A stretch of 64,000 nucleotides of DNA from Azospirillum sp. (lineage in GTDB: Bacteria; Pseudomonadota; Alphaproteobacteria; CACIAM-22H2). Shown in pieces: positions 53,853 to 63,821 of the stretch. Position 1 is the first letter of the stretch. Every line of letters begins with the position of its first letter. The notes under the pieces are model-generated. The model ran no database searches. It saw nothing but the letters and a program-made list of their open reading frames with translations, and was not told where the DNA came from. The stretch covers positions 17,077 to 81,076 of the forward strand of contig JADCGK010000003.1 of assembly GCA_020249045.1 (NCBI GenBank). The letters run 5' to 3'. Both the position numbers and the translations under genes were made by a program.

Positions 53853-54558
53853 GTCCCAATCCGCCGATCCGATTTTGCGCCTCTCCGGCGTCCACCTGAA
53901 GCTGGCGAGCCAAGCGGGCGAGGTCAATATCCTACGCGGCGTCGATTTGTCGGTCGCACCGGGTGAAAGCGTCGCGGTGGTCGGCCCGTCGGGCTCGGGC
54001 AAATCGACGATGATGATGATCGTCGCGGGTCTCGAACGGCCGACGCAAGGAACGGTCCACGTCGCGGGCCAGGATCTGACGGCCCTCGACGAGGACGGTT
54101 TGGCGCTCTATCGCCGCCGCTCGATCGGCATCGTGTTCCAGGCGTTCCATCTGATCCCGACGATGACGGCACTCGAGAACGTCGCGATCCCGCTGGAATT
54201 CGCGGGCGACCGCGATGCATGGGGCAAGGCCAAGAAGGCGCTCGAATCGGTCGGCCTGGGCCACCGGCTGACGCATTATCCGGGCCAGATGTCGGGCGGC
54301 GAACAGCAACGCACCGCCCTTGCCCGCGCGGTCGTCGCGGAACCCAAGCTGCTGCTGGCCGACGAGCCCACCGGCAATCTCGACGTCGCCACCGGCACGG
54401 GCATCGTCGATCTGATGTTCGATTTGCGCGCGCGCCTGGGCACCGCACTCGTGCTCATCACGCACGATCCGGGGCTCGCGCGCCGGTGCGACCGGGCGGT
54501 GCGCATGGAGGACGGGCGCCTGTCCGCCCATCCCGCGATCCTCGCCGCGGCGCAGTAA
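53851..54558 (+). CDS. ABC transporter ATP-binding protein (YbbA/LolD family)
   Basis: ATG at 53851 verified. Walker A GPSGSGKST, signature MSGGEQQRTALARAV, Walker B LLLADEPT. Confidence 0.85.
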   Translation: MSQSADPILRLSGVHLKLASQAGEVNILRGVDLSVAPGESVAVVGPSGSGKSTMMMIVAGLERPTQGTVHVAGQDLTALDEDGLALYRRRSIGIVFQAFHLIPTMTALENVAIPLEFAGDRDAWGKAKKALESVGLGHRLTHYPGQMSGGEQQRTALARAVVAEPKLLLADEPTGNLDVATGTGIVDLMFDLRARLGTALVLITHDPGLARRCDRAVRMEDGRLSAHPAILAAAQ

Positions 54559-54559
54559 C

Positions 54560-57100
54560 ATGCACAATTCGGCCGATGCGGCGCGCTGGTCGCTCGCTTT
54601 CGCCCTCGCCAAGCGCGAACTGCGCGGCGGCGTGAAGGGCTTCCGCGTCTTCATGGCGTGTTTGATGCTGGGCGTGGCCGCGATCGCGGGCGTGGGCTCG
54701 CTGGCCGAAGGCGTGCGCGAAGCCTTGCGCCAGGACGCGCGGACGATCCTGGGCGGGGATTTCGAACTCGCCTTCACGCATCGCGAAGCCAACGATGCCC
54801 AGCGCCGCTTCCTCGACGCCTCGGGCCGCGTGACTCTGGTGCAGGAAATGCGCGCGATGGCGCGCACGCCCGACGAGCGCTTGCTCGTCGAACTGAAGTC
54901 GATCGAACCCGACGCCTATCCGCTGCTGGGAACGGTGCGCTTGTCCGACGGCCTGGGACTGCAAGCCGCCTTGGGCCAGGGCCGCGACGGCGTGTGGGGG
55001 GCGGCGGTCGAACGCGCGGTGCTCAACCGTCTGGGCGCCGCCGTCGGCGGGCGCATCCAGGTCGGCGACGGCGTTTACGTCGTGCGCGCGGTGGTGGAAA
55101 GCGAGCCCGACCGGTCGGCGAACGTCTTCACGCTGGGTCCGCGCGTGATGGTCGCGCGCGAATCGCTGGCGCAGACCAACCTGGTCCAGCCCGGCGCGTT
55201 GATCCGCTATCAGTACCGCGTGCTGCTGAACCCCGGCGTCGAGCCCGCCGCATGGTCGGAGGAATTGAAGCGCCGTTTCCCCGATGCGGGCTGGCGCATC
55301 CGCGGCACGACCGAGGCCGCACCCGGCCTGCAGCGCTGGGTCGATCGCATCGCGATGTTCCTGACGCTGGTCGGTTTGACCGCGTTGTTGGTCGGCGGCG
55401 TGGGCGTGGCCAACGCGGTGCGCGCCTATCTCGACGGGCGCACGACCACCATCGCAACGCTCAAATGCCTCGGCGCGCCGGGTGCGTTGATCATGCGCGT
55501 CTATCTGCTGCAGATCCTGGCGCTCGCCTCGATCGGCATCCTTGCGGGCCTCGCGGTGGGCGCGATCGTGCCCGCGGCCGTCGCCCCATTGGTCGCCGAA
55601 CGGCTGACGGTGGAAGCGCGCGCGGGCATTTATCCCGTGCCGCTCGGCATGGGCCTCGCGTTCGGATTGCTGACCGCGCTGGCCTTTTCGCTGTGGCCGC
55701 TCGCGCGCGCGCGCGAAGTGCCGCCCGCCGCCCTGTTCCGCGATCTGATCGCGCCCGCGCGGCGGTGGCCGCGCGCGCACTACGTCGCCTTCGTCGTCGC
55801 CGCGATCCTGGGCCTCGCGGGGCTGGCGGTCGCCGCGTCGATCGACAAGCGCCTCGGCGTCGCGTTCTGCGTCGCCGCGGCGGGGACATTCGTGCTGTTC
55901 CGCATCGCCGCGTTGGGCATCCAGCGTCTGGCGCGCGCCGCCGGGCGCGTGCGCAATCCGGGCTTGCGTTTGGCGCTGGCCAACATGCACCGGCCCGGCA
56001 GCCCGACGCCCGGCATCGTGCTGTCGCTGGGTCTGGGGCTGACGGTGCTGACGCTGATCGCCCAGGTTCAGGGCAATTTCGGCCGGCAGCTCGCCGAGCA
56101 ATTGCCGCAGATGGCGCCGTCGTTCTTCTTCATCGACATCCAGCCCGATCAGATCGACGCGTTCAACGCGCTGGTCCGCGCGCATCCCGGCGTCGGCCAG
56201 ATCCGCGAAGTGCCCGCCTTGCGCGGACGCATCGCCAGATTGAACGGCGTGCCGGTCGACCAAGCGCCCATCGCACCCGACGCGCAATGGGCGGTGGGCA
56301 ACGACCGGGGCCTCACCTATACCGGGCCGATGCCCGCGGGCACGCGATTGGTCGCGGGCGAATGGTGGCCGGCCGACTACGCGGGGCCGCCGCTGGTTTC
56401 CTTCGACGCCCAGATCGCGCGCGGCTTCGGCCTGGGCGTGGGCGACACGATCACGATCAACGTGCTGGGCGTCGAGGTCGACGCGAAGATCGCCAATCTG
56501 CGCGCCGTCGATTGGACGAGCCTGGGGATCAACTTCACGTTGACCTTCGCCCCCGGCACGCTGGAGGGCGCGCCGCAGACCTGGATCGCGACGGCCCAGG
56601 TCGCCGAGGCGCACGAAGACGCGCTCGAACGCGCGGTCACGTCCGCGTTCCCGAACGTGTCGTCGATCCGGGTCAAGCGCGCGTTGGCGACCGCGCAGGA
56701 GACCGTGCAAGGCATCGCCGCCGCGGCGCGCGTGACGGCGGCGATCACGCTGATCGCGGGTGTGCTGGTGCTGGCGGGCGCCATCGTCGCCACGCATCGC
56801 CGGCGTGTTTACGACGCCGTGGTCCTGAAGGCGCTGGGCGCCACGCGACGGGACGTGATGCGCGCCTTCCTGGCCGAATTCGCGCTGCTGGGCGGGGCGG
56901 CCGCGTCGGTGGCGGCGATCGTGGGCACCGTCGGGGCGTGGGCGATCGTCGGCGAATACATGCGCGTGGAATTCGTTCCGCTGCCCGGCACCATCGTCGG
57001 GACGGTTCTGGGTGCCGCGGCCGTGGTGATGCTGCTGGGCCTTGCCGGAACCTGGCGCGCCCTGGGTCAAAAAGCGGCGCCGCTGCTGCGCAATGCCTGA
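54560..57100 (+). CDS. ABC transporter permease with two FtsX domains (YbbP-like)
   Basis: ATG at 54560 verified, 2 nt after the ybbA-like stop. 846 aa, 10 predicted TM helices, two large periplasmic loops. Confidence 0.8.
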   Translation: MHNSADAARWSLAFALAKRELRGGVKGFRVFMACLMLGVAAIAGVGSLAEGVREALRQDARTILGGDFELAFTHREANDAQRRFLDASGRVTLVQEMRAMARTPDERLLVELKSIEPDAYPLLGTVRLSDGLGLQAALGQGRDGVWGAAVERAVLNRLGAAVGGRIQVGDGVYVVRAVVESEPDRSANVFTLGPRVMVARESLAQTNLVQPGALIRYQYRVLLNPGVEPAAWSEELKRRFPDAGWRIRGTTEAAPGLQRWVDRIAMFLTLVGLTALLVGGVGVANAVRAYLDGRTTTIATLKCLGAPGALIMRVYLLQILALASIGILAGLAVGAIVPAAVAPLVAERLTVEARAGIYPVPLGMGLAFGLLTALAFSLWPLARAREVPPAALFRDLIAPARRWPRAHYVAFVVAAILGLAGLAVAASIDKRLGVAFCVAAAGTFVLFRIAALGIQRLARAAGRVRNPGLRLALANMHRPGSPTPGIVLSLGLGLTVLTLIAQVQGNFGRQLAEQLPQMAPSFFFIDIQPDQIDAFNALVRAHPGVGQIREVPALRGRIARLNGVPVDQAPIAPDAQWAVGNDRGLTYTGPMPAGTRLVAGEWWPADYAGPPLVSFDAQIARGFGLGVGDTITINVLGVEVDAKIANLRAVDWTSLGINFTLTFAPGTLEGAPQTWIATAQVAEAHEDALERAVTSAFPNVSSIRVKRALATAQETVQGIAAAARVTAAITLIAGVLVLAGAIVATHRRRVYDAVVLKALGATRRDVMRAFLAEFALLGGAAASVAAIVGTVGAWAIVGEYMRVEFVPLPGTIVGTVLGAAAVVMLLGLAGTWRALGQKAAPLLRNA

Positions 57101-57182
57101 TTCCGCCCCGGTCACCGTGCCGTAACGCAAGCGGACTAAGACTCCCCTTGTTGTCGCGTGACAGCGGAGGGGTGTGCGTGAG

Positions 57183-58355
57183 ATGTTAGTTTCGAACGCA
57201 ACCGTCAGGAGATTCGAGGCAGTGGACGACGGGCCGCAAGATCGGCGCGATGCGCTCGACGTCGGCGCCCTGCGCGCGATCGTCGATGCCTTGCCGCTGT
57301 TCGTGAACGTGAAGACGCGCGACAGCCGCTACGTCTACATGAACGCCTTCCAAGCCGCGACCTACGGCACGACGCCCGCACTGGCGGTCGGCCGCACCGC
57401 GGCGGAATTGCTCGGCGCGGATTACGGGGCCTACACCGGCGGCATCGACCGCATGGTGCTGGAGACGGGCAAGGCGGTCGCGAACCTCGACGAGCGTTAC
57501 GCGGGCATCGACGGCCGCGAGCGCGACTGGCTGACGACCAAATTGCCCTGGCGCGGCGCCGACGGCGCAACGCAAGGCGTGGTCACGATCGCGCTCGACG
57601 TGACCGACAAGAAGGCGTCCGAACGCGCCCTCGCCGACGCGCTGGTGCGCTCGGAGGCGGCGAACCGCGCCAAGACCGCCTTCATACGCACGGTCAGCCA
57701 CGAATTGCGCACGCCGCTGAACGCCGTGATGGGCTTCGGCGAACTGATCGCGGGCGGGGACCTGCCGCCCGCGCGCGCGGCCGAATACGCGCGCCTGATG
57801 CTCGAAAGCGCGCATGGTTTGCTCGCGCTGATCGACGGGGTCATCGAATTGTCGAGTTTGAGCGGCGGAGGGGCGCCCTATCCGGCCGCCCCCTCGGCGA
57901 TCGACGAGGCCGTCGCGGGCGCACTGGCCGGCGCCGAGGAAGCCGCGAAGGCGCGCAACATCGCCCTGGTCGCGGCGGTGGAACCGGATCTGCCATCTTT
58001 ACGGTGCGAGCGGGCGGCTTTGCGCCGCATGCTCGATCCCCTGATCGCCAACGCGATCAAATTCGGCCGCGAAGGCGGCACGGCGTCGGTGACGGCCACG
58101 CGCGCCGAAGGCGGCGGGATACGGGTGATCGTCGCCGACGACGGCATTGGGATCGCGCCCGAAGACATCGCCGCCTGCCTGGAACCGTTCGGGCAGGTGG
58201 AAAGCGGGCTCACGCGACGGCATGGCGGCATCGGCTTGGGCTTGCCTTTGGTGAAGGCGCAAATCGAGGCGCATGGCGGGACTTTGGCTTTGGAAAGCCG
58301 CAAAGGCGCCTTCACCCGTGTGACGATTGTTTTTCCGCTGGGGCGGGTTGCCTAA
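57183..58355 (+). CDS. Soluble PAS sensor histidine kinase
   Basis: ATG at 57183 (GGAGGGG upstream); the track ORF starts at the GTG at 57174. H-box SHELRTPLNAVMG. HATPase N/G boxes. Confidence 0.8.
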   Translation: MLVSNATVRRFEAVDDGPQDRRDALDVGALRAIVDALPLFVNVKTRDSRYVYMNAFQAATYGTTPALAVGRTAAELLGADYGAYTGGIDRMVLETGKAVANLDERYAGIDGRERDWLTTKLPWRGADGATQGVVTIALDVTDKKASERALADALVRSEAANRAKTAFIRTVSHELRTPLNAVMGFGELIAGGDLPPARAAEYARLMLESAHGLLALIDGVIELSSLSGGGAPYPAAPSAIDEAVAGALAGAEEAAKARNIALVAAVEPDLPSLRCERAALRRMLDPLIANAIKFGREGGTASVTATRAEGGGIRVIVADDGIGIAPEDIAACLEPFGQVESGLTRRHGGIGLGLPLVKAQIEAHGGTLALESRKGAFTRVTIVFPLGRVA

Positions 58356-58507
58356 GTCACTGATTTGGCTGAGGCGCGCCCGTAACAACAGAATCGTTCC
58401 GTATTGAAATCGTCCGCGAATACCCCCAACTATAGACGTAATCACGCGATGCCGACTTCCTTTGAAGCGGCCGCGCGGATCGGCTTTGAAGGGGAGAAGT
58501 GAGACCC

Positions 58508-59224
58508 ATGTTCGAGACCCAGAATCGTGTGCTGACGCGCGAGCATCTCGACGCCGCCACCCTGGATCAGGGGCTGCGCGCGCATATGCTGCGCGTCTAC
58601 AACTACATGGCGTCGGCGGTCGCGCTGAGCGGCATCGTCGCGGCGTTGATCGCATCCTCGCCGGCGATGACCGCATTGATCTTCGGCACGCCGCTGAAGT
58701 GGGCGTTCATGCTGGCACCGCTCGCTTTCGTGCTGGTGCTGAGCTGGAAGTTCGAAGCGATGTCCAAGACCGCCGTGCAGGCCCTGTTCTGGGCGTATGC
58801 GGCGTGCGTGGGCGTTTCGTTCGCGGCCATCCTGCTGGTCTTCACCGGCGCTTCGGTCGCGCGCGCGTTCTTCATCTCCGCGGCGATGTTCGCGGGCATG
58901 AGCCTCTACGGCTACACGACCAAGGCCGACCTCACGAAGTTCTCGACCTTCCTGATCATGGGCGTGTTCGGCCTGATGATCGCGTCGATCGTGAACATCT
59001 TCGTCGGTTCGACGGCGCTGCAGTTCGCGATCTCGGCGATCGGCGTGCTGGTGTTCTGCGGCCTCACCGCGTGGGACACCCAGCGCATCAAGGACACCTA
59101 CGTCGAATACGCGGGCACGGAGATCGAGGACAAGCTGACCGTCATGAACGCGCTCGGCCTCTACATCAACTTCGTGGCCATCTTCCAGTTCCTGGTCCAG
59201 TTGACCGGTCAGCGGGAAGAGTAA
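58508..59224 (+). CDS. Bax inhibitor-1/YccA-family membrane protein
   Basis: ATG at 58508 (GAAGGGGAGA upstream); the track ORF starts at the GTG at 58499. Seven TM helices. C-terminal charged tail. Confidence 0.8.
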   Translation: MFETQNRVLTREHLDAATLDQGLRAHMLRVYNYMASAVALSGIVAALIASSPAMTALIFGTPLKWAFMLAPLAFVLVLSWKFEAMSKTAVQALFWAYAACVGVSFAAILLVFTGASVARAFFISAAMFAGMSLYGYTTKADLTKFSTFLIMGVFGLMIASIVNIFVGSTALQFAISAIGVLVFCGLTAWDTQRIKDTYVEYAGTEIEDKLTVMNALGLYINFVAIFQFLVQLTGQREE

Positions 59225-59255
59225 CCGCTTCCGCCCTCTCGCGGGCGGCCTTCGA

Positions 59256-59292
59256 ACCCCCGGACGGGCGACCGTCCGGGGGTTTTCGTTTG
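59256..59292 (+). terminator. Rho-independent terminator downstream of the BI-1 gene
   Basis: CCCCCGGACGG-gcgac-CCGTCCGGGGG, followed by TTTTCGTTTG. Confidence 0.6.
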
Positions 59293-59375
59293 TCCGGCCG
59301 TCCGATCCCGCCAGGCGCCGACCGCAACGCCACATGCGCCGATCCCGGCCAACACGGCGACGACGACGGCGCCCG

Positions 59376-59861
59376 TCAATTGATCCACCGCGCCACGGCC
59401 GCCGCCGGCTGCGCCCAAGCGCCCGCCGGCACCGCGAGCCGGATTCCCCCCGCCTCGATCGTGACGGCGAACACCGTCAACGCGTCCGCCGCGGCGCCGT
59501 CCTCGACCACGCCCAACGCCGCGCATGCGGCGGCGAAACGCGCGGGCGCGTTGGCGTGGACGGCGGCGAGCGCATCGAGGATCGCCTCCTCGCCCGCACT
59601 CGTGCGGCGCGCGGCCAAGGGCGCGGGAACCATGCCCGGGCGCGCACCGAGTGCCGCGACAACGGACTCGCCCGCGGCAGCCGCAGCCGCCGCGAACCCG
59701 CGCACCGCGATCGCCCATTCGCCGCGCCGCGCGCCGTGCGCAGCGGGTTGGGCGCGCGCATGGCGCAACGTCCACACGATCAGTTGCTCGACCCGGGTCA
59801 GAGCCGTCAGGGGGCGGCCGTCGGACCGACCCTGCGGGGCGAATTCGAAAAGCGATGTCAC
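59376..59861 (-). CDS. Hypothetical protein (Ala-rich, no recognised domain)
   Basis: 161-aa ORF with a Fur-box-like palindrome about 40 nt upstream of its start. Coding status is uncertain in high-GC DNA. Confidence 0.4.
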   Translation of the reverse strand: MTSLFEFAPQGRSDGRPLTALTRVEQLIVWTLRHARAQPAAHGARRGEWAIAVRGFAAAAAAAGESVVAALGARPGMVPAPLAARRTSAGEEAILDALAAVHANAPARFAAACAALGVVEDGAAADALTVFAVTIEAGGIRLAVPAGAWAQPAAAVARWIN

Positions 59862-59898
59862 GGCGCCTCCTTCGGGGTGATTGCCGACGCATCGTATC

Positions 59899-59917
59899 GC
59901 AAATGATAATCATTCGC
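59899..59917. promoter_or_regulatory. Fur/Mur-box-like palindrome GCAAATGATAATCATTCGC (core AATGATAATCATT identical to the Fur consensus core)
   Basis: Read directly, in a locally AT-richer intergenic stretch between the hypothetical gene (59376-59861) and dctM. Confidence 0.4.
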
Positions 59918-59963
59918 AATACAGATGAAAACGCACGGACGGGAACCGCCGTGCGGCCGGATG

Positions 59964-61289
59964 TCACCAACCGATCGCCTGGGGCAGCCACAGCGCCAAA
60001 GCGGGAAACTGGAACACGAGATAGAGCGCGATCAACTGCAGCCCGATGAAGGTCCAGACGCCGCGATAGATGTCGCCGGTGGCGATTTCCGGCGGTGCCA
60101 CGCCGCGCAGGAAGAACAACGCCCAGCCGAACGGCGGCGTAAGGAAGCTGGTCTGCAGGTTCACGCAGATCAGCGTGGCGAGCCAAACCAGGTTGACGCC
60201 CTGCTCGATGAAGACCGGCAAGAACAACGGGACGGCGATGTAGCTGATCTCGATCCACTCGATGAAGAAGCCGAGCACGAAGACGATCGCCATCATGAAC
60301 CAAATGTCCCAGGCGACGCCGCCGGGCAGCAGCGCGAACAGGTCGTGCACCAGCTTCTCGCCCTGGAGACCGCGAAAGGCGAGCGCGAAGACCTGGGCGC
60401 ACATCAGGATGTACATCATCATCGCCGTGATCTTGGCGGTGGACGTCACCGTGTCGCGCAAGACCGCGAAGGAAAAGCGCCGGCCCAGCGCCGTCACGAG
60501 GATGGCGCCGAGCGCCCCCATCGACGCGGCTTCGGTCGGCGCCGCAACCCCGCCGATGATCGATCCCAGGACCGCGATCACGAGGCCGACCGGCGGCGCC
60601 ACGACCTTGAACAGCTTCGTCCACAATTCCGCGCGCGGCATGGCGTCGCGCTCGGCCTGGGGAACCGGCGGGACCGCGGACGGCTTCAGCACGCCCAACA
60701 GCAGGATATAGACGCAGTAGATCGCCGCGAGCATCAACCCCGGGATCATCGCCGCGGCGAACAACGTGCCGACCGATTCGTTCATGATGTCGGCGAGCAG
60801 GATCAAAATCAGCGACGGCGGAATGATCTGCCCGAGCGTGCCCGACGCGCAGATGACCCCGCACGCCAAGCCCTTGTCGTAGCCGTAGCGCAACAACGTG
60901 GGCAGCGTCAGCAGACCGAGCGTCACGACCGTCGCCCCGACGATGCCAGTCGTGGCGCCCATCAGCACGCCCACCAGCACGATGCCAATGCCCAAACCGC
61001 CGCGCAGATTTCCCGCCAGATGCCCGACGACGCGCATCAGATCCTCGGCGAGCTTGGATTTCTCCAGCATCACGCCCATGAAGACGAACAGCGGAATGGC
61101 GAGCAGCGAGTAATTCGTCAGAACGCCGAACAACCGGTGCGGCAGCAGGTTGAAAAGCATCGGCCCGAAGCCGAGCCAGCCGAACACGAAGCCCGATACG
61201 GCCAAAGTCAGCCCGACCGGAATCCCGATCATCAGCAGGACGAAGAACGCGACCAGCATCAGGATCGCGTAGATTTCGGTGAGCGGCAT
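59964..61289 (-). CDS. dctM: TRAP transporter large permease subunit
   Basis: 441 aa, about 12 TM helices; typical DctM. Confidence 0.9.
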   Translation of the reverse strand: MPLTEIYAILMLVAFFVLLMIGIPVGLTLAVSGFVFGWLGFGPMLFNLLPHRLFGVLTNYSLLAIPLFVFMGVMLEKSKLAEDLMRVVGHLAGNLRGGLGIGIVLVGVLMGATTGIVGATVVTLGLLTLPTLLRYGYDKGLACGVICASGTLGQIIPPSLILILLADIMNESVGTLFAAAMIPGLMLAAIYCVYILLLGVLKPSAVPPVPQAERDAMPRAELWTKLFKVVAPPVGLVIAVLGSIIGGVAAPTEAASMGALGAILVTALGRRFSFAVLRDTVTSTAKITAMMMYILMCAQVFALAFRGLQGEKLVHDLFALLPGGVAWDIWFMMAIVFVLGFFIEWIEISYIAVPLFLPVFIEQGVNLVWLATLICVNLQTSFLTPPFGWALFFLRGVAPPEIATGDIYRGVWTFIGLQLIALYLVFQFPALALWLPQAIGW

Positions 61290-61307
61290 GGGAACCCGGC
61301 GGAGTTT

Positions 61308-61802
61308 CTAGACGGCGCGGAAACGGATCCAGTATCGCGCGATCAGCGCGGCGTATTGCGCGCCGAGCACGGCGAAGCCGATCGGAATGAGACCCTTGAG
61401 CGCCCAACGCCAAGGGATGCCGCCGGGATTGGCGGAGGCTTCGTTCTGGCCGAAGGATTGGGCGACGTAGTTGCGCGACAGCCAGACGACCGCCACGCAC
61501 ACGAGCAGACCCAGCGTCGCCGAAACGATCTCGACCGCGAGTTTGGTCTTGGGCGCGTACTTGGCGAACAGCACGTCCACGCGGACGTGCTCGCCATGGG
61601 CCAACGCGTAGGACATGCCGAACAGGCAGATCGGCGACATCAGGTGCCATTCGAGCTCCTGCGCCCAGACCGATCCGGTGTTGAAGGCGTAGCGCAGCAG
61701 GACGTTACCCGCCATCACGCAAACCAGCGCGAACGCGGCCCACGCCGACCACCGCCCGATGTCCTCGACCGTGCGGTCGATCCATCGGACGGCGGCGGGC
61801 AT
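61308..61802 (-). CDS. dctQ: TRAP transporter small permease subunit
   Basis: 164 aa; start MPAAVRWIDR verified (cat at 61800-61802). Four TM helices. Confidence 0.8.
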   Translation of the reverse strand: MPAAVRWIDRTVEDIGRWSAWAAFALVCVMAGNVLLRYAFNTGSVWAQELEWHLMSPICLFGMSYALAHGEHVRVDVLFAKYAPKTKLAVEIVSATLGLLVCVAVVWLSRNYVAQSFGQNEASANPGGIPWRWALKGLIPIGFAVLGAQYAALIARYWIRFRAV

Positions 61803-61825
61803 GCCGGCCTTGTCCTCGACGAGGA

Positions 61826-62917
61826 TCACGTCTTGACCCGGATTTTCGCGTGATAGACGCTTTCGCTGTAACCTGACCAATCGTCGAACTTGGCCTTGTA
61901 GGCCATGAAGGAATCGTGCACCCGCTTGACCAGCGGATCGCGCGCGACGGCTTCCTCGAGGATGCGGTCGTTGGCGCTGCGCAACGCGGCGACGACCGGA
62001 TCGGGCAACGGTGCCGCCGTGACGCCGTGGTTCTTGATCAGGTCCTCCATCGCGTCGGAGTTGTTCTTCTGGCACCACGCTTCGGAGATGACGTTGCACG
62101 CGGCCGTCGCGTTTTCGACGATCGCCTTGAGATCGTTGGGCAGACGATTCCACGCGGCCTTGTTGATGATGAGTTCCGAGGCGGTCGCCGTCTCGTGCCA
62201 GCCGGTCGTATGATAGAACTTCGCCGCGCGCTGCAAGCCGAGTTGGCGGTCGAGGAACGGACCGACGAATTCGGCCGCGTCGATCACGCCGCGCTCCAGG
62301 GCCGGGAAGATTTCCCCGGCGGGCAACAGGCGCACGTCCACGCCGAGCGATTGGTAGACGCGTCCCGCAAGACCGGGAATGCGCATCTTCAGGCCGCGGA
62401 AATCCTCGACCTTCTCGATCGGCTTTTTGAACCAGCCGGTCATCTGCACGCCGGTGTTGCCGCACAGGAACGGGACGAGGTTGAATCGATCGTAGACCTC
62501 GCGCCACAGGGTCAGTCCGCCACCGTCGTACATCCAACCGTTCAGCCCCTGGAAATTCAGGCCGAAGGGCACGGCGGTGAAATATTGGGCGGCAAAGCTT
62601 TTGCCGGTCCAAAAATAGGCGTTGGCGTAGTTCATCTCGACGATGCCCTGGGACACCGCATCGAAGCCTTCGGCCGCCGGCACGAGTTCGCCCGCGCCGA
62701 AAAACTGTATGCGGATGCGCCCGTTGGACATCGCCTGGATGCGCTCGATCAGATCCCGCGCCGAACCCGGGCCGGTCGAATAGAACGCGGCGTTGGGACC
62801 GTAGAAGCTGGTCATGCGCCAATTGAACGTCGTCTGCGCCGTGACCACGGCGGGGGCGGCGAGCGTGGCACCGGCGGCACCGGCGATGGTGCCGGTTAGG
62901 AATCGGCGGCGTTGCAT
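61826..62917 (-). CDS. dctP: TRAP transporter substrate-binding protein
   Basis: Start MQRRRFLTG (Tat-like signal) verified (cat at 62915-62917). 363 aa. Confidence 0.85.
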   Translation of the reverse strand: MQRRRFLTGTIAGAAGATLAAPAVVTAQTTFNWRMTSFYGPNAAFYSTGPGSARDLIERIQAMSNGRIRIQFFGAGELVPAAEGFDAVSQGIVEMNYANAYFWTGKSFAAQYFTAVPFGLNFQGLNGWMYDGGGLTLWREVYDRFNLVPFLCGNTGVQMTGWFKKPIEKVEDFRGLKMRIPGLAGRVYQSLGVDVRLLPAGEIFPALERGVIDAAEFVGPFLDRQLGLQRAAKFYHTTGWHETATASELIINKAAWNRLPNDLKAIVENATAACNVISEAWCQKNNSDAMEDLIKNHGVTAAPLPDPVVAALRSANDRILEEAVARDPLVKRVHDSFMAYKAKFDDWSGYSESVYHAKIRVKT

Positions 62918-62998
62918 GGGGGCACTCCGGGGGGTTCGTTGCGCGAACCACCCGGTCAGCAAGCGCCGTGCCAGCGCGCGTATTCTATCGGTGTGCGG

Positions 62999-63757
62999 TC
63001 AGATGCACCGACCGCCGTCGACCTCGAACGCCACACCGGTGATGAACTCGGCCTCGTCCGAGCAGAGATACAGGGCTGCGTTGGCGATATCCTGCGGCGT
63101 GGACAATCGGCCCATCGGGATCGAGGCTTTGAACTGCGCGCGTTTTTCGGGCGTGTCCTCGCCCATGAACGTGGCGAGCAGCGGGGTTTCGCCGGCGACC
63201 GGACACAGGCAGTTCACGCGGATTTTCTCGGGCGCCAACTCGACCGCCATCGCCTTGGTCAGCGTGATCGCGGCGCCCTTCGAGCCGTTGTACCAGACCA
63301 GGCCCGGTCGCGGACGCAGGCCGGCGGTCGATGCGGTGGTGAGGATCACCCCGCCCCCGCCCTGGCGGCGAAAGACCGGGATCGCGGCATGCGCGGCCAG
63401 GAAGATCGATTTGACGTTGACCGCGAAGACGCGATCGAACGTCGCTTCGTCGACGCCGAGCATCGGCCCGTTGCGATGCGAAACACCGGCGTTGTTCACG
63501 AGGATGTCGAGCCGCCCGTAGCCTTCGACGGCCGCGGCGATCATCGCGTCCGTGTCGGCCGCTTTGGCGACGTCCGCGCGCAGCGCCTTGGCGGTTCCGC
63601 CCGCGGCGGCGATCGCCGCCGCGACGCGCGCCGCCGCCGCCTCGTCGATATCCGCGACGATCGTTTTGGCGCCTTCGCGCGCGAACGTCGCCGCGATGCC
63701 TTCGCCGAAGCCCGAACCGCCGCCGGTCACGATGGCGACTTTGTCTTTTAGGCGCAT
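62999..63757 (-). CDS. SDR-family oxidoreductase (3-oxoacyl-ACP reductase-like)
   Basis: TGGGSGFG cofactor motif, NNAG, catalytic YNGSK. 252 aa. Confidence 0.85.
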   Translation of the reverse strand: MRLKDKVAIVTGGGSGFGEGIAATFAREGAKTIVADIDEAAAARVAAAIAAAGGTAKALRADVAKAADTDAMIAAAVEGYGRLDILVNNAGVSHRNGPMLGVDEATFDRVFAVNVKSIFLAAHAAIPVFRRQGGGGVILTTASTAGLRPRPGLVWYNGSKGAAITLTKAMAVELAPEKIRVNCLCPVAGETPLLATFMGEDTPEKRAQFKASIPMGRLSTPQDIANAALYLCSDEAEFITGVAFEVDGGRCI

Positions 63758-63821
63758 GCCGTCCCTCCCCTTTGACCCGCGACTCTAGCGGGCCGCCGCG
63801 ATCCGGGCTAGCGTTCCGGGC

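Noticed and set aside
54658-57189. 843-aa plus-strand ORF in an alternative frame of the ybbP-like permease
   Set aside because: Same-strand alternative frame of a gene with clear FtsX-domain homology. Proline/arginine-rich nonsense translation.
59209-61650. 813-aa minus-strand ORF spanning dctM/dctQ
   Set aside because: Out of frame relative to the real dctM and dctQ products, which show canonical TRAP permease sequence.
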